From: Takakia lepidozioides
Taxonomy: Eukaryota > Plantae > Bryophyta
Length of the DNA stretch: 64,000 nt
Assembly (NCBI GenBank): GCA_030704615.1
Contig: CM060731.1
Location: 31,000,001 to 31,064,000, forward strand
Direction of reading: 5' to 3'
Notes under the pieces: generated by a model
The model's input: the letters and a program-made list of their open reading frames with translations, nothing else
Database searches by the model: none
What the model was told of the DNA's origin: nothing
Made by a program: the position numbers and the translations under genes
In this document: positions 1-10,973 of the stretch, one piece after another
Position numbering within the stretch: the stretch's first letter is position 1
Layout of the letters: every line of letters begins with the position of its first letter

Positions 1-858
1 GGTTTGCATTACATCCTTGTGGAACTAGTAGCATTATGAGTTTGGTCTTCTCAAACAAACGTCCGTCGAAGACTGGATACTCCAACAAGACTCACTTTCA
101 GATTCCTTCTGAAAATGAGACACATGGTCTCAAACAGGATGCTGAGGGTGGTGGGGAGCAGGAGATGCAAGGAGCTAGTTTCACTGCGAAATATATTCTG
201 ATATGGTTATCTTTTGTTGGCCCCACCATTGGTCTCGATATTCCATCTTGCATTTTCAAAGTTCTCGTTCAATGCAGGTGACTATCAAACCACTCATAGC
301 TTGCAGGGCGTAGGGGGTTGCAGGAAATGGTGAATAAGTGACATGCAGCAAGGCGTGTCTCTCTCTTTCTTTTGTGCAGATTCAGCTGAGACATCAAATC
401 AAACCAGTTGAAATTGTATATTACTGCCTCAAATGTCTAGTCAAGCACATCTGTAAACCCATCATCTTGTTTTAGTTTGGGTTCCAGTGTGTAAAAGTTT
501 CCAGAGACGATATGTGATGCTCTGGCAGAGAACTATTTTTCAGCCCTCCTCAACGAAAGATAAGCACATAGTCTACATTTTGTCAGAAAGATATTTGGAA
601 TTCGGTGAGTCATTGGTGGACAAAGTATGGATCAATAGCATTTATGGTTGAACCAAGGAGACTGGTGGCTGGGCTTTCTTGGGCTGTGGTAAGTTCCACA
701 AGCTATAACCAAGGAGGTAGAATATATTAGGAAGTAGAAACTTGTCCAGTGTTCAAAGTAGGCCTTGTGAGTGTAGTCTGTCGTCAGAAGTCACTCCAGA
801 TCAGATTTCATGTCAGGAGATGAAATGCAAGAGAGGACCTCAGTGCCAAGAAAATAAT

Positions 859-967
859 ACTTAATAACGTCCGCGGGACCTCAGCTCTTTGAGCTTCCCG
901 CTTTGGCCATAAGCTCTTTGAGCTTCCCGCGGACGTTATTAAGTGTCATTTCATTTCAATTCATTTC
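859..967. repeat. Rearranged/inverted copy of the RTEX LINE 3' terminus forming a 20-bp perfect inverted repeat
   Basis: acttaataacgtccgcggga (859-878) is the exact reverse complement of tcccgcggacgttattaagt (925-944). The right arm, ccataagctctttgagcttcccgcggacgtta...(atttc)n, matches the LINE tail at 4028-4087. Confidence 0.8.
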
Positions 968-1018
968 TGCTCCACCTGCTGGCCCACCTGCCCCAACTGA
1001 CCTCTCCACACATCCTCC

Positions 1019-4000
1019 TCAAAGACAGCTTTTGATACACAGTGCTCGTATCTTCCTATCAGATGGATCCCAGATGGTGATGGAAGGCCAGTCACGGGTG
1101 TGATGGCCCTGACAATCTATGCGCAAGTGGCCATTCTTAGTAGTCACTCCTCTGCAACCGACGTGGCGGTTCCCATAGCATTTCCACAGATTGGATGGCA
1201 TACAAGTCATGTAGTGGCACCACGTACACCCTTTGTCCACATCTATGCCTGCATTTCCATCTCTCATATCTGCATTAGTCCGAGGTTTTGGGAGATGGAA
1301 GAAGGAGACGAAGCAACCTTACGCTTGTTTTTCTAGTGATGTGATAGAATGGTTTCTCAGTGGTTTATTCATACAGGGTAAAACTTCATAGTACTCAGAT
1401 TTCAAGGACCATGAACGCACTCTCTACATGTGAGCCACACATAGACTCCCACCAGATGGCTGGCAGCAAGATGAGAGGAGGGATAGAAACTGGGAAAAGG
1501 GGAAGGGAAAGGGACCAAAATGTGTGCCATTAAATTCTCCAGAGGATAAGATTACTCCTGTAGTGGAACGTACTTTTATAGACAAACTCGGCGAAAGAGA
1601 AATGCAACTTGAGTGAGAGAGATTTGCATGCTTCAGAAACTCTGCTTACTTGGGGACCATAGACAAAACCCTCCTGTAGTGGAACGTACTTTTGTAGACA
1701 AACTTGGCGAAAGATAAATGCAACTTGAGTGAGAGAGATTTGCATACTTCAGAAACTTTGGTAACTTGGGACCATAGAAAAAACCAACTAAAAGGTTAAT
1801 TTGGATTATGATGCTCATTGACATACTTGAAACCCAAAATGGTTGGGGTATGGTATATGATTTTGCCATACCTGTAAAAAGGGCAAGTAACCCAGCGACA
1901 TAGCCAGCAATGAGAAGGTTGAGAGAGATGATCCAAAAGATGTTCTGGTATACTGTGTGCTTTGATTTCACAGGTATGTCATCCGCATCGTAGATCACTG
2001 CTGGAAAACATTGCATGTTAATCCATTTGAAGTGGGGCCGAATGAAAAGTACAAATCCCAGAAAGAATCCAGCAATTGCTCCACCAAAATGCGCAAAGTT
2101 GTCCATCAGAGGCATCAGCCCATACCCCAGAGTGCAAGTAACAAAGAAGGATAATGAGGCCAGGGACCGAGTCCGGTTTTCATAAGTCTCCCAATTCACA
2201 ATTATCTCTGAGAATGTGGCCCCCAGTAAACCCATGAGAGCCCCTGAAGCTCCTACAGAAATGCGGCCATGTACAAATAAGGCCGATAGTAGAGACCCCG
2301 CAAAACCCGTCATGAAATACAGCAGCCCAACCTGTTGAAAAAATGGTTTTCTTATGCTGTTCGACTGGAGTTAGTCTTGTAGCATGCAGTCCCCCATGCC
2401 TGTGTAGTACCCAAGAATTTCAAGCTTCCGCAATATCTGTGTTAAAGTTTTTTTTTTTCTCTCTCTCTTTCCGCGGACGTTATAAAGCACCATTTCATTT
2501 CATTCATTTCTGTCTCTTCAGTCCCTGGGTCCTCTGGCCCTCCGAGGACGAATTAAATTTCTGTCTTTGAGCTCTCTCTGACCGTTATAAAGTACCATTT
2601 CATTTCATTTCATTTGTTTATTTGCTTGTGGAGGCCCCCTCTCTTTCTTGTTTCTTTCTTTCTCCTGTCCCATAAGCTATTTGAGCTTTTCGCGGACGTC
2701 ATAAAGTACCATTTCATTTCATTTCCTTTCTTTCTGGGGGACCAACCCAATCAGATCTCCTCTACGCTGATGATGTTGCCCTTTTGGCACAATCCCCGGT
2801 CTTTCTGCAACGCCATCTCAAAATTTTGGAACAGTTCTGCAAAGACTATGGGATGCAAGTCAATCTTAGCAAGACCAAGATCATGGTCTTCAATGGCCAG
2901 GCTGATCGTAGATTCATCTTCAACCAGCAGGAAATTGAGATTGTGAAATCATACCGGTACCTGGGTCTGGTTATCCACTCCCCCAAGTTTCACTTTGCAG
3001 CCACTGCCTTGAACAGATTGACTAAAGGTAAGGCGGCCTCTGTCCGCCTTCAGGCCAAATGCAAGCAAATACATCTGCGGCATCCCCCGACCAAAAAGTG
3101 GCTGTTTGACACCGTCGTCAGCCCTGCTACCATCTATGGTTGTGAGTTCTGGGCACCTGGTGTCCCTGTCTCCTGGTGGGAAAAGAATTTGGAACCATTA
3201 CAGTCATCTTTTCTCCAAGCAATGCTTGGCGCCAGGAACACAACTCCATTTCAGATCCTAGGTGCAGAGTTCGCATGTGTACCATTGCAATCCGAGGCCC
3301 TCTTCAGGCTTACAATCTTTCTCCATAGATTGCAGGCCCTTCCACCCAAAGGGCTAGTGGCAAGGGCCCTCACAACATCTATGAGGCTCAAAGCTGCAGG
3401 TTTCAGGAACTCCTGGTATGCTCGAGTGGACAGTTTATTTCAACGTAACGGACTTTCTACTGCTTTCCTATTACCAATGAACCCAGATGAGGTGGACATC
3501 ACATCCAGACATGACCGCAACAGACTCATTAGGAGAGAGCTTATGGAATTACATGTCAAGAGAACTTGAAAGCTACCCAATCTCACGACAAAGCTCCACT
3601 TCTATCGAGAGACATTCTTGGTGCTCCGCGATGATAGAATCTTGAGACCAAATTACCTTTCAGCACCCTTATCTCCTTCCCTCCTGAGGGCATTGGGGCG
3701 GTTCAGGGTGGGTTCCCACAACCTACGGATAGAGACTGGCAGATGGGAAAACCTGCAACGGGAGGACCGCCTATGTCCAGCTTGCATAGGGCGCAGCAAG
3801 GAAATTGAAACTGAAGAACACTTCTTCTTCTACTGCCCTCTATACTACGAGATCCGTGGGAGATTCCACTGTTTATTCAGTGGAACCCAAACTCTCACTG
3901 ATGTCTTCCACTATGAGGATCAAAAATGCTTGGCAGCCTACCTACACGAGGCCTTCACCCTTAGACAATCGCTAGAACATTAATTGTGGTTTCTGGATTT

Positions 4001-4705
4001 GTTCCTCTCTCATGTTTTCTTCCATTTTGTCCCATAAGCTCTATGAGCTTTCCGCGGACGTTATAAAGCACCATTTCATTTCATTTCTCTTTGGTACTGC
4101 CTGTTTCATACCATAGGCAATCAAAGAACAAGAGCACACAATCAACTATGGGTTACACATGCATGTAATCAAAGAGGATATATCTAGACAATGTTACAGT
4201 CCGCTCTGAAATAAGGGTGGCCGACCTTCAAAAAACCAAACTCTTGCTCCAGCCGGATACCAATGAGTAGAAGGCCCAAAAGATTTCCCACCAAATGGAA
4301 CACTCCAGCGTGCAGCCACATGGGTGTAAACAGACGCCAACCCTCGCCTGCTCTTGTTACTAACTCAGACTCGAGAGCTCCTAGATCAAGCAACGTCATA
4401 GCTGAGGGTCCAAGCAATGGGTTCTCGCTCAGTGGCTGGAAAGAGGTTTTCTTAAAAAAATTCTTGAAGCACTGCTTGTGTCGGTCTACTTTCTCTGGGC
4501 AATTGTTGTTATACAGGGCCACCATGAAGACTATCGTGAGCGCCACGGCCAGCACTGGAATAAACCATGGCCTGTTTTTGTGATGCTTCAAGTCGCTGTC
4601 ACGGCCAAAGTAGTGGATCTTCGTTTGAACCGGATATCCTGGAGGTATGGCGTACATTCCTGAAGAAACAGTTGCCATGAGCTCTGTCATCAAAGTTGGG
4701 TTCAT
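1019..4705 (-). CDS. Plant rhomboid-like intramembrane serine protease (RBL1/2-type); exons 4705-4226, 2331-1872, 1248-1019
   Basis: Motifs ENPLLGPS, GEGWRLFTPMWLHAGVFHL, SVGASGALMGLLGA (catalytic GxSG), DNFAHFGG (catalytic His) and the C-terminal CTWCHYMTCMP typical of plant RBLs. GT-AG junctions keep the frame (K|V phase 0; G|G phase 1). The true start may lie further upstream. Confidence 0.9.
1555..1786. repeat. ~116-bp tandem duplication in rhomboid intron 2
   Basis: Two adjacent units begin tcctgtagtggaacgtactttt and end gggaccatagamaaaacc. Confidence 0.85.
2468..2726 (+). mobile_element. Three stacked, extremely 5'-truncated RTEX-type LINE 3' ends
   Basis: Units at ~2468-2510, ~2567-2615 and ~2666-2726 each end in ...cgt(t/c)ataaag(c/t)acc(atttc)n, the same pattern as the tail of the longer copy at 4028-4087. 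Confidence 0.8.
2728..4087 (+). mobile_element. 5'-truncated non-LTR retrotransposon (RTEX/RTE-like), antisense in rhomboid intron 1
   Basis: RT motif LLYADD (YADD at 2763-2774), then VNLSKTKIMVF and YRYLG. C-terminal RFRVGSHNLRIETGRW...CPAC...EEHFFFYCPLY zinc finger. One in-frame TGA at 3567-3569; ORF ends at 3983. 3' stem-loop followed by an (ATTTC)n tail. Confidence 0.88.
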
Positions 4706-4984
4706 GTTTATGTGATTTGCATTCCGAACATGCCTCGTTCTAATTGTGCTGTGTGTACTCTGCGTGTTTAGGGGCGTTCTCTGATTGCAGTGTCTTTGCA
4801 GTTGTTACTATAAAACAAACTTGCAGAAGAAGAGGGGGAATATGAAACCACGCTTCCAAAGCTCTGTAGATAAGTGCTAGTGCTTAGAGACTGCGAGAGT
4901 GAGACCTAGAATGCCATGAGCAATATCTTATTGACAGCAGCAACAAACCCAATTCTGCAATAATCGTAGCTACAACCTACTTCG

Positions 4985-5305
4985 TCACACCACTGCATTT
5001 TGCCAGCCAGACTGACCTGGATGTGGGTGCGGTACCATCGCCGATAGCCCCATGTCACCGCTCGTCATGAAGGTAGGGGATCCCAATGAGGGTTGCAACG
5101 GACTCCCATAGCCATTAATGGCCGTCACTGCCACAGACGGACTTCCAACAGACCCACCAAGGCTTGAGCTTCTTGATCCTGGCTGCAATCCCTGCTCTCT
5201 CCTCTTGTCCCTGTTCTTATCTAAACTCGACCCTGTTGGTGGGGATGTCACTGATGGAGAGATTCTATTGTACTGATCCACCGACGGCACAAATGCACGT
5301 TCCAT
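4985..5305 (-). CDS. Ser/Pro-rich ORF, possibly an upstream N-terminal exon of the rhomboid gene
   Basis: ATG-initiated 106-aa low-complexity ORF on the same strand, ~280 bp upstream of rhomboid exon 1. Its splice connection could not be established. Confidence 0.35.
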   Translation of the reverse strand: MERAFVPSVDQYNRISPSVTSPPTGSSLDKNRDKRREQGLQPGSRSSSLGGSVGSPSVAVTAINGYGSPLQPSLGSPTFMTSGDMGLSAMVPHPHPGQSGWQNAVV

Positions 5306-7233
5306 TGTTTAACAATTCTTGCGCTCCCTTCCCACCAACTCTTCCCTCTTTCCTTCCAGAGCTGTATGCTCTATAAATTGTTGGACGTTAAACAAACGTC
5401 CTCCTCATCTTCATCTTCTTCTCACTCGCACACATCCCCAAGGATACCCAATGTCTCTCTTGTTCTCTTAGGTCTGAATGAATCATGTAGTAAGGCTGAA
5501 AACTCCCAAGTAGAAGCTAGTTCCAGATCATGGTCTGGGGCCTGCCCCGACGGAGGGTCTTCTTGGGGGCTGCCAGAAAAAAGAGACCTCACCTTCCCAG
5601 AATGGGGATAACAGTAATGAAGAGGCAGAGAGTGTCACAGTCATGGGACATTAACCACCTTCTACCTGCCCTATCCGGTCATGTAGGGAACAATGCATAT
5701 ATGTATGGGACTGTATAAGCAGTATCGAACCATCTACAACTTGGTTAGACAGGGAGATTTTCTTTCTTTCCCTTTTTGTTGCATGTGGATTTGATGATCT
5801 TCAAGTGTTCAATTCTCTTTGACACTTTCATACATGTGGGTTTGAAACACAAGACCTCTCAATTGGAACTCTCGGTTAACCAATCAAACTAGTTACATAC
5901 TTCGGCCTCAATGATTATCAATGGCAAGAGAGGTTCAATGGTGCGGATTCGAGATCCATCAATCCAATAAAACCTTTCCCTTGCTGATAACACTGTAAGA
6001 CTGCTACCACTTGGAATTCCAACTTGCTTCCATTACTCAGAAATACAGTAGATTCCTACTGTGCCTCGACATGTCAGAGAACAATGGGCAAGGTATGAAT
6101 CTTGAGAAACAAAGAGCCTCGTCCATGTGCTTGAGTTGAATACACTTCTGGCATAAGTATCATAGAGCAGAGGCTATTTGCATTTCTAGTTTTACGACAT
6201 CACCGCATCAAGGACACAGTCAGCCTCTATTGCAAAACCATGCAAGACAGCACCCTTACTGCACCTGTCCTTTTCAGCAAAACGAGCTGTGCACAGCTGA
6301 GCCTTGCATCCTCACCCATCATGGCAGGCACAATGAGGGCCCTTTATTACTGAAACAACTTTGCAAACACATGGCATCGGATAAGCAATTGATATATGAA
6401 TGGCGCTAGCACAAGATCCAATGAGGAATTTTTTTTTTTCCTCTCAATGAATTGGGACTTGATGAATCAAAACTTCCAATCTTACTCTTACTTGATATTA
6501 CTACTTACTCCAGTTCACTTGGGACTTGTTGATTTTTCAATTGATCAAGATCTTACTTGTTTACTTAAGTAACCAAGTACTTAGCAGAGTCAGCTTATGC
6601 CATCCCATTCGAAGGATTTCATGGTCTCCATAAGTTTCCCACCACAGGTACATTCTGCACAACAACAAACACTCTTGTGAGCAACAACTTCTGGCATAAT
6701 GGTCTGATAATTAATCCTTAACTAGAACCCATCTATTGAGCTTTATACCCCTGTCATGACTCACAGTTGCACTTGCACTTGCAATTGTGAGGTTAGTGGC
6801 AAACCATAGAAACCATTCATTCACTATATGACACAATCATGTTTTCTGTTTGGAAGGTGCCCTACACTTACAAAGGTCTTCTTGGTGCTTCCATACAAGT
6901 AGCACCTATACACTGAGGATCTGAGTAATGGGCATGCCCAACTTTAAGGCAGATACAATGGGTACTATGACATGTCTTCAGAATCTGCCCTTCTGTGTCT
7001 CATGCAACCTAGTTCTGTAGCATGTACAGTCAAGAACCTGACACAAAGTACACCTGCAATGTTTGGGATGCAGTGCTTACCTTTAAAAATTTAATGTGAC
7101 AACGAGCTCCTTTATGACCATGCCTGCTAGAAGTCCCAAGTATTTGAATGATGACTAAACGTTTGAAATCTCCTGTCATTTGCCACCAGATTACCATGCA
7201 AGATCCCTCAGAAGGTGACAGGTGTTCCATGTT

Positions 7234-9847
7234 TCATGTTTTGGCATCAAGAAGGCTCAAATCTGTGCTGCTACTGGTGGCAGCACCAACCAGCTCTCCA
7301 CCAAGGTGAAAACTGTCACTATCAACAGAGGTGGAGTCTAAGCCCTTATATTTGCTGTGAGAAAGAGGAAGGCCGGCACCACACAGCAAGGAAGTCCCAG
7401 TCATCTTCATTTTTCGGCTCAGGCTATTTGAGGAAGGGCCAAAACGCAGTTTATTAATGCTTTGCAGCTTGTGCTGCGTCTCAGGGGGCAAGGTGTTGAA
7501 GCAGCTGTAACATACACAGCTACTGTCCAGCCCACATTGTCCAGAGGGGCCATGGGGTGAGATACGGGTGTGCTTTACACAAAAAACACTCTGGCACTCT
7601 CGGCAAAAATGCTTGCTGAAACTCATCCGCCAATCTGACCAGTAATGCCAACGATCAAAGCGCACTTTGCACCCTTCACGATGATTGCATCTGCATTCAA
7701 CCTCAAGTGTGCAAAATTATCGTGAGATGATTACTTCATCATATCATACATTCAAATCAATATAAGCTAGTCACTGTTTTCATTTTTTGTATTTTGTCAA
7801 TGTTGAAGTGCCATCTTCAGACATACAGCAGGCGCTGCCTGTTAACTGAGAAGGACCTCCTAAAACAAGTATCACTGCATTCTTCAAGAGAGGGTTAGTT
7901 TAAGAGTGCAATACAATAGACCAGAAGCTTCGCATATTGCTTACATTGACATCCTAGTACAACATCCAAAGTTGTCAGACCCTAAGATGCAGTGAAGGCC
8001 AAATGATTTAGGGAAGTCACCAACTTTTGCCAATGAACAGTTCTCACCTGTATTTCCTTCTCTGTTGAGGCTTAACCCCATTCACTTTGAAATCCACATC
8101 CCATTTCGTCTTCAAATCATTGTTACTATGAGTGTGGCCACTGGGATTGCTCGAAGCTGAGACCCGTTGACTGTCCACTTGGTTGAAGGAATGTACACTG
8201 GTGGAATGGACGCCGGATGGTCCCGACAATTTGAAGCTTCTGGTGATACTATTTTCCCCGAAGTAAAGGGCACTGCTGTTGGAGTGATTTGACCCCTCCG
8301 AAACACTTCTGGCATGACCCTCTCGGAGCTCTGTAACAGGTGAGACAGTTTGCAGTTTGCTTTCAAATGAAGGCAAGCTCAATATTGCATTGTCCAGATT
8401 GGAATTGAAACTAGCCGCCTGCCTCACTATCCTGTCAGTACAGATTGCCTCCAGACTATCAGCTCGTGTAAAACATCTTGCAGACTTTTCTGTGGATGAG
8501 AGTCCGGACCTTCCGACACCTTCTTTAGGCTGTGCTAGGCTAGAGAGGATCAAGATATGGGTATGTATGTAGTTCCAACTCATGAGAACCAAAACACAAA
8601 AACGAGCCAGAGTCCTGAGGCACAGATAACGACTTTCTTGCCCGTCCACGACAATCAACCAAAGCCGACTCACCACCTTCACTTTAAGGATCACCCAAGC
8701 TGCCACTGTTACGCGTGAGCAGAAGCTGTTCCTTGAGAAAATAGCCAGCAGCAGTAGGCCGCCATTAAAGGATGAGATCCATCCCCATGAATCACCTGCA
8801 CTGCTCCAGACATTCTTCTTCCTGTGAAGATCTGACAGAGATACATAGCTGGGCTCCCCTTGATGAGGAACTGGATAAGCATGCTCAAGTGAAGGCATAT
8901 TGGCATTGGAGACACACTGAGTTGAACCAGGATGAAGCAGGGCTATACATCCACCCAGCACTAACCAATCAGAAGGTCCATGGCCCCCCCACGCTTGTGC
9001 TCTGTAAGACAATGGCCTTCCAAGACTGACTAAATCTGTGTCCAAGAAGAAATCCTCGCTGGTATCGGCAATCTGTACCCATGTCAAGGTAGTGACCGAC
9101 CAGCGCTGAAGCAAGTACTTGTGCACAGGGGGATAGCCTCTGGAGGAGGGTGGGGCCCAATGCAATTGGATGCCACCAGAACTGGAATTTTCACACAGCA
9201 AACCTTGAGGGGGACCAGGGGTGGCCCCAATCCCAAAGATCTGTCGCACTATTGCATGGGTAATCTTTGTTCGGTGCAGCAAACTCTTCACCCCCAACTC
9301 CTCTGCCAAAGCTCTGCTCTCATGTTCAATGAGAGCTGGGAAATCAAGACCAGTGATTGCAGTCCAACGGAATGTCTCAGCATACTGTGGTAACTGAAGC
9401 CCATGAGTGATCCACTCCACTACATGGTCGGCTGTCATCATATTTTGCAAATGGTTCTGCAACCGCACAGATGTCCCCCTCATTTGAACAAGGCATTCGA
9501 AGGTACCAACAGGTTGACAGCACATTAGAGCACAATAGATCATTCAAAGATAAAAATAAACTATGGGCAACTGTAGGTACAAGAATTCTTTCTTTGAATT
9601 TTGCAGAAGTCTATCCCCAGCATTCATAAGCCTCACAACTTCAGGAAGGTCACTGCTTTTGTGGAAGATGTCCATTGGGTAACAGCAATTGCCATGACCT
9701 TTACATAGCAGTCTTCAGGCAATTACATCCTTAAGAGCCCATCACCACGAAAATCTCTAATATACTGTTTGTGGAGTCAAAAGTCAGTTCATGAGATTCT
9801 GGATATTTGCTACTGTCCATCATACCATTTCAATTCTTACATTACTA

Positions 9848-9880
<33 letters not shown>

Positions 9881-10973
9881 TTGACAAAAATAAGAAAAGC
9901 CCCTCCTGAGCGAGGACCCATTCTTCTGGCCACATGGGAGAATGTCTTTTGCTAACGCTATATCTGACCAACAGAAACCACAACACTCCAATGGCTAATC
10001 TTACCAGCAATTCTTCTGTAGAGATTGCATTGCCCCCATAGCTGAAATTGAAATCAAATGGACGAGACATTGATGAATCAGTCATCCTCTCTATTGGTCC
10101 GGACTTATCCTCCTCTGATTTGTCCAGTCTTGCATCAAGTGATTCCAAGAACTGCCACCTCCACATTTGATGTTAAGTGATAACCAGATGTGTATACAAA
10201 GAGAAATAGACAAGCATGCGAAAAGATTAACCAGATATATGCAGATGGCCAAGAAGATGGTTCATCTATGTGCTATTGCAAAACAGAAAAAACCTTCAAC
10301 ACAAATAGGACAAGCGACGGCCTGCTGAAAACCTTGGTGGCTTCGCCCTGCTCAATCTCTCCATCCCCATCCTCGTCAACAGAGCAGAAAAAGCTTTCCA
10401 AGTTGTGGTCTAAGTCTGCATAGCACGATATCAGGGCAACCTCGTCACCACCTCACATCAACATGCCCCTACTTAGGACACATAGATAAGCATGTAAGGA
10501 CATTAGCAATCCTGACTCACACACATATGCAGGTAGGGATGAACTTCTGATGGTCATCCCATTTTGTGAACTCTAGCCTCTCATCACCCTGAGGAAGATA
10601 AGGAGATAGGAGGATAATTGGCTGTGAGGCGGGACGCACAGGCTTAATAAGTTTTGTATTGCAGTTGACAGGTTTAAGTACAATTTTCGGTACACACTAC
10701 TGTGGAATGGCCACCAAATTTTCCAAGGACCTCCCCAAATGCAAGTTGCCTCGACAAAGTTTGGACCTGGAATGCAAAGTTTCAGGATGTACTTCTCAAT
10801 TTTTCTAACGTCCCTGCAGAACCTAACCATAAACATGGCGCCAGGAAAAGAAGTGCACCTTTTGGTTTCCAGGTGGTCGCTTTGGAGGCGGGGAACAACA
10901 ATAGCAGGAACAGTAAAGGGCGGAGGAATTTCCGTTGTCCGCAGCTCAAGCTGCGTGCCCCACATCTAGCCAT
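7234..10973 (-). CDS. STIM-like EF-hand/SAM protein with FN3, hydrophobic (TM) segment(s) and C-terminal FYVE-like Zn finger; exons 10973-10859, 10415-10333, 10151-10005, 9456-8048, 7690-7234 (~736 aa)
   Basis: All four introns are GT-AG and phase-consistent (1,0,0,2). Signal-peptide-like RPLLFLLLLFPASKA; EF loop DEDGDGEIEQGE; SAM MTADHVVEWITHGLQLPQYAETFR...HRTKITHAIVRQIFG; FN3 PGPPQGL...LHWAPP...YRAQAWGGHGPSDW; Cys cluster KHFCRECQSVFCVKH...CVCYSC. The exon-1 donor and start codon are less certain. Confidence 0.8.

Noticed and set aside
36-410. 3' exons of an upstream + strand gene
   Set aside because: Splice-like sites exist but there is no recognisable protein motif, and the window edge gives too little context.
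1633-1871. ORF-track C-terminal extension of the rhomboid
   Set aside because: Intron read-through. A donor at 1871 joins the conserved Cys-rich last exon at 1248.
2468-4087. Short repeats around an RT ORF as a CRISPR-like or retron-like array, or as ribozymes
   Set aside because: The repeats match the LINE's own 3' end plus (ATTTC)n tail, and the spacing is irregular. No hammerhead (CUGAnGA/GAAA), HDV or twister core could be built.
5840-5900. tRNA genes at this and similar B-box-like sites (~12025, ~12238, ~16543, ~56350, ~60255)
   Set aside because: Only isolated A/B-box-like motifs, with no cloverleaf. At most decayed SINE heads.
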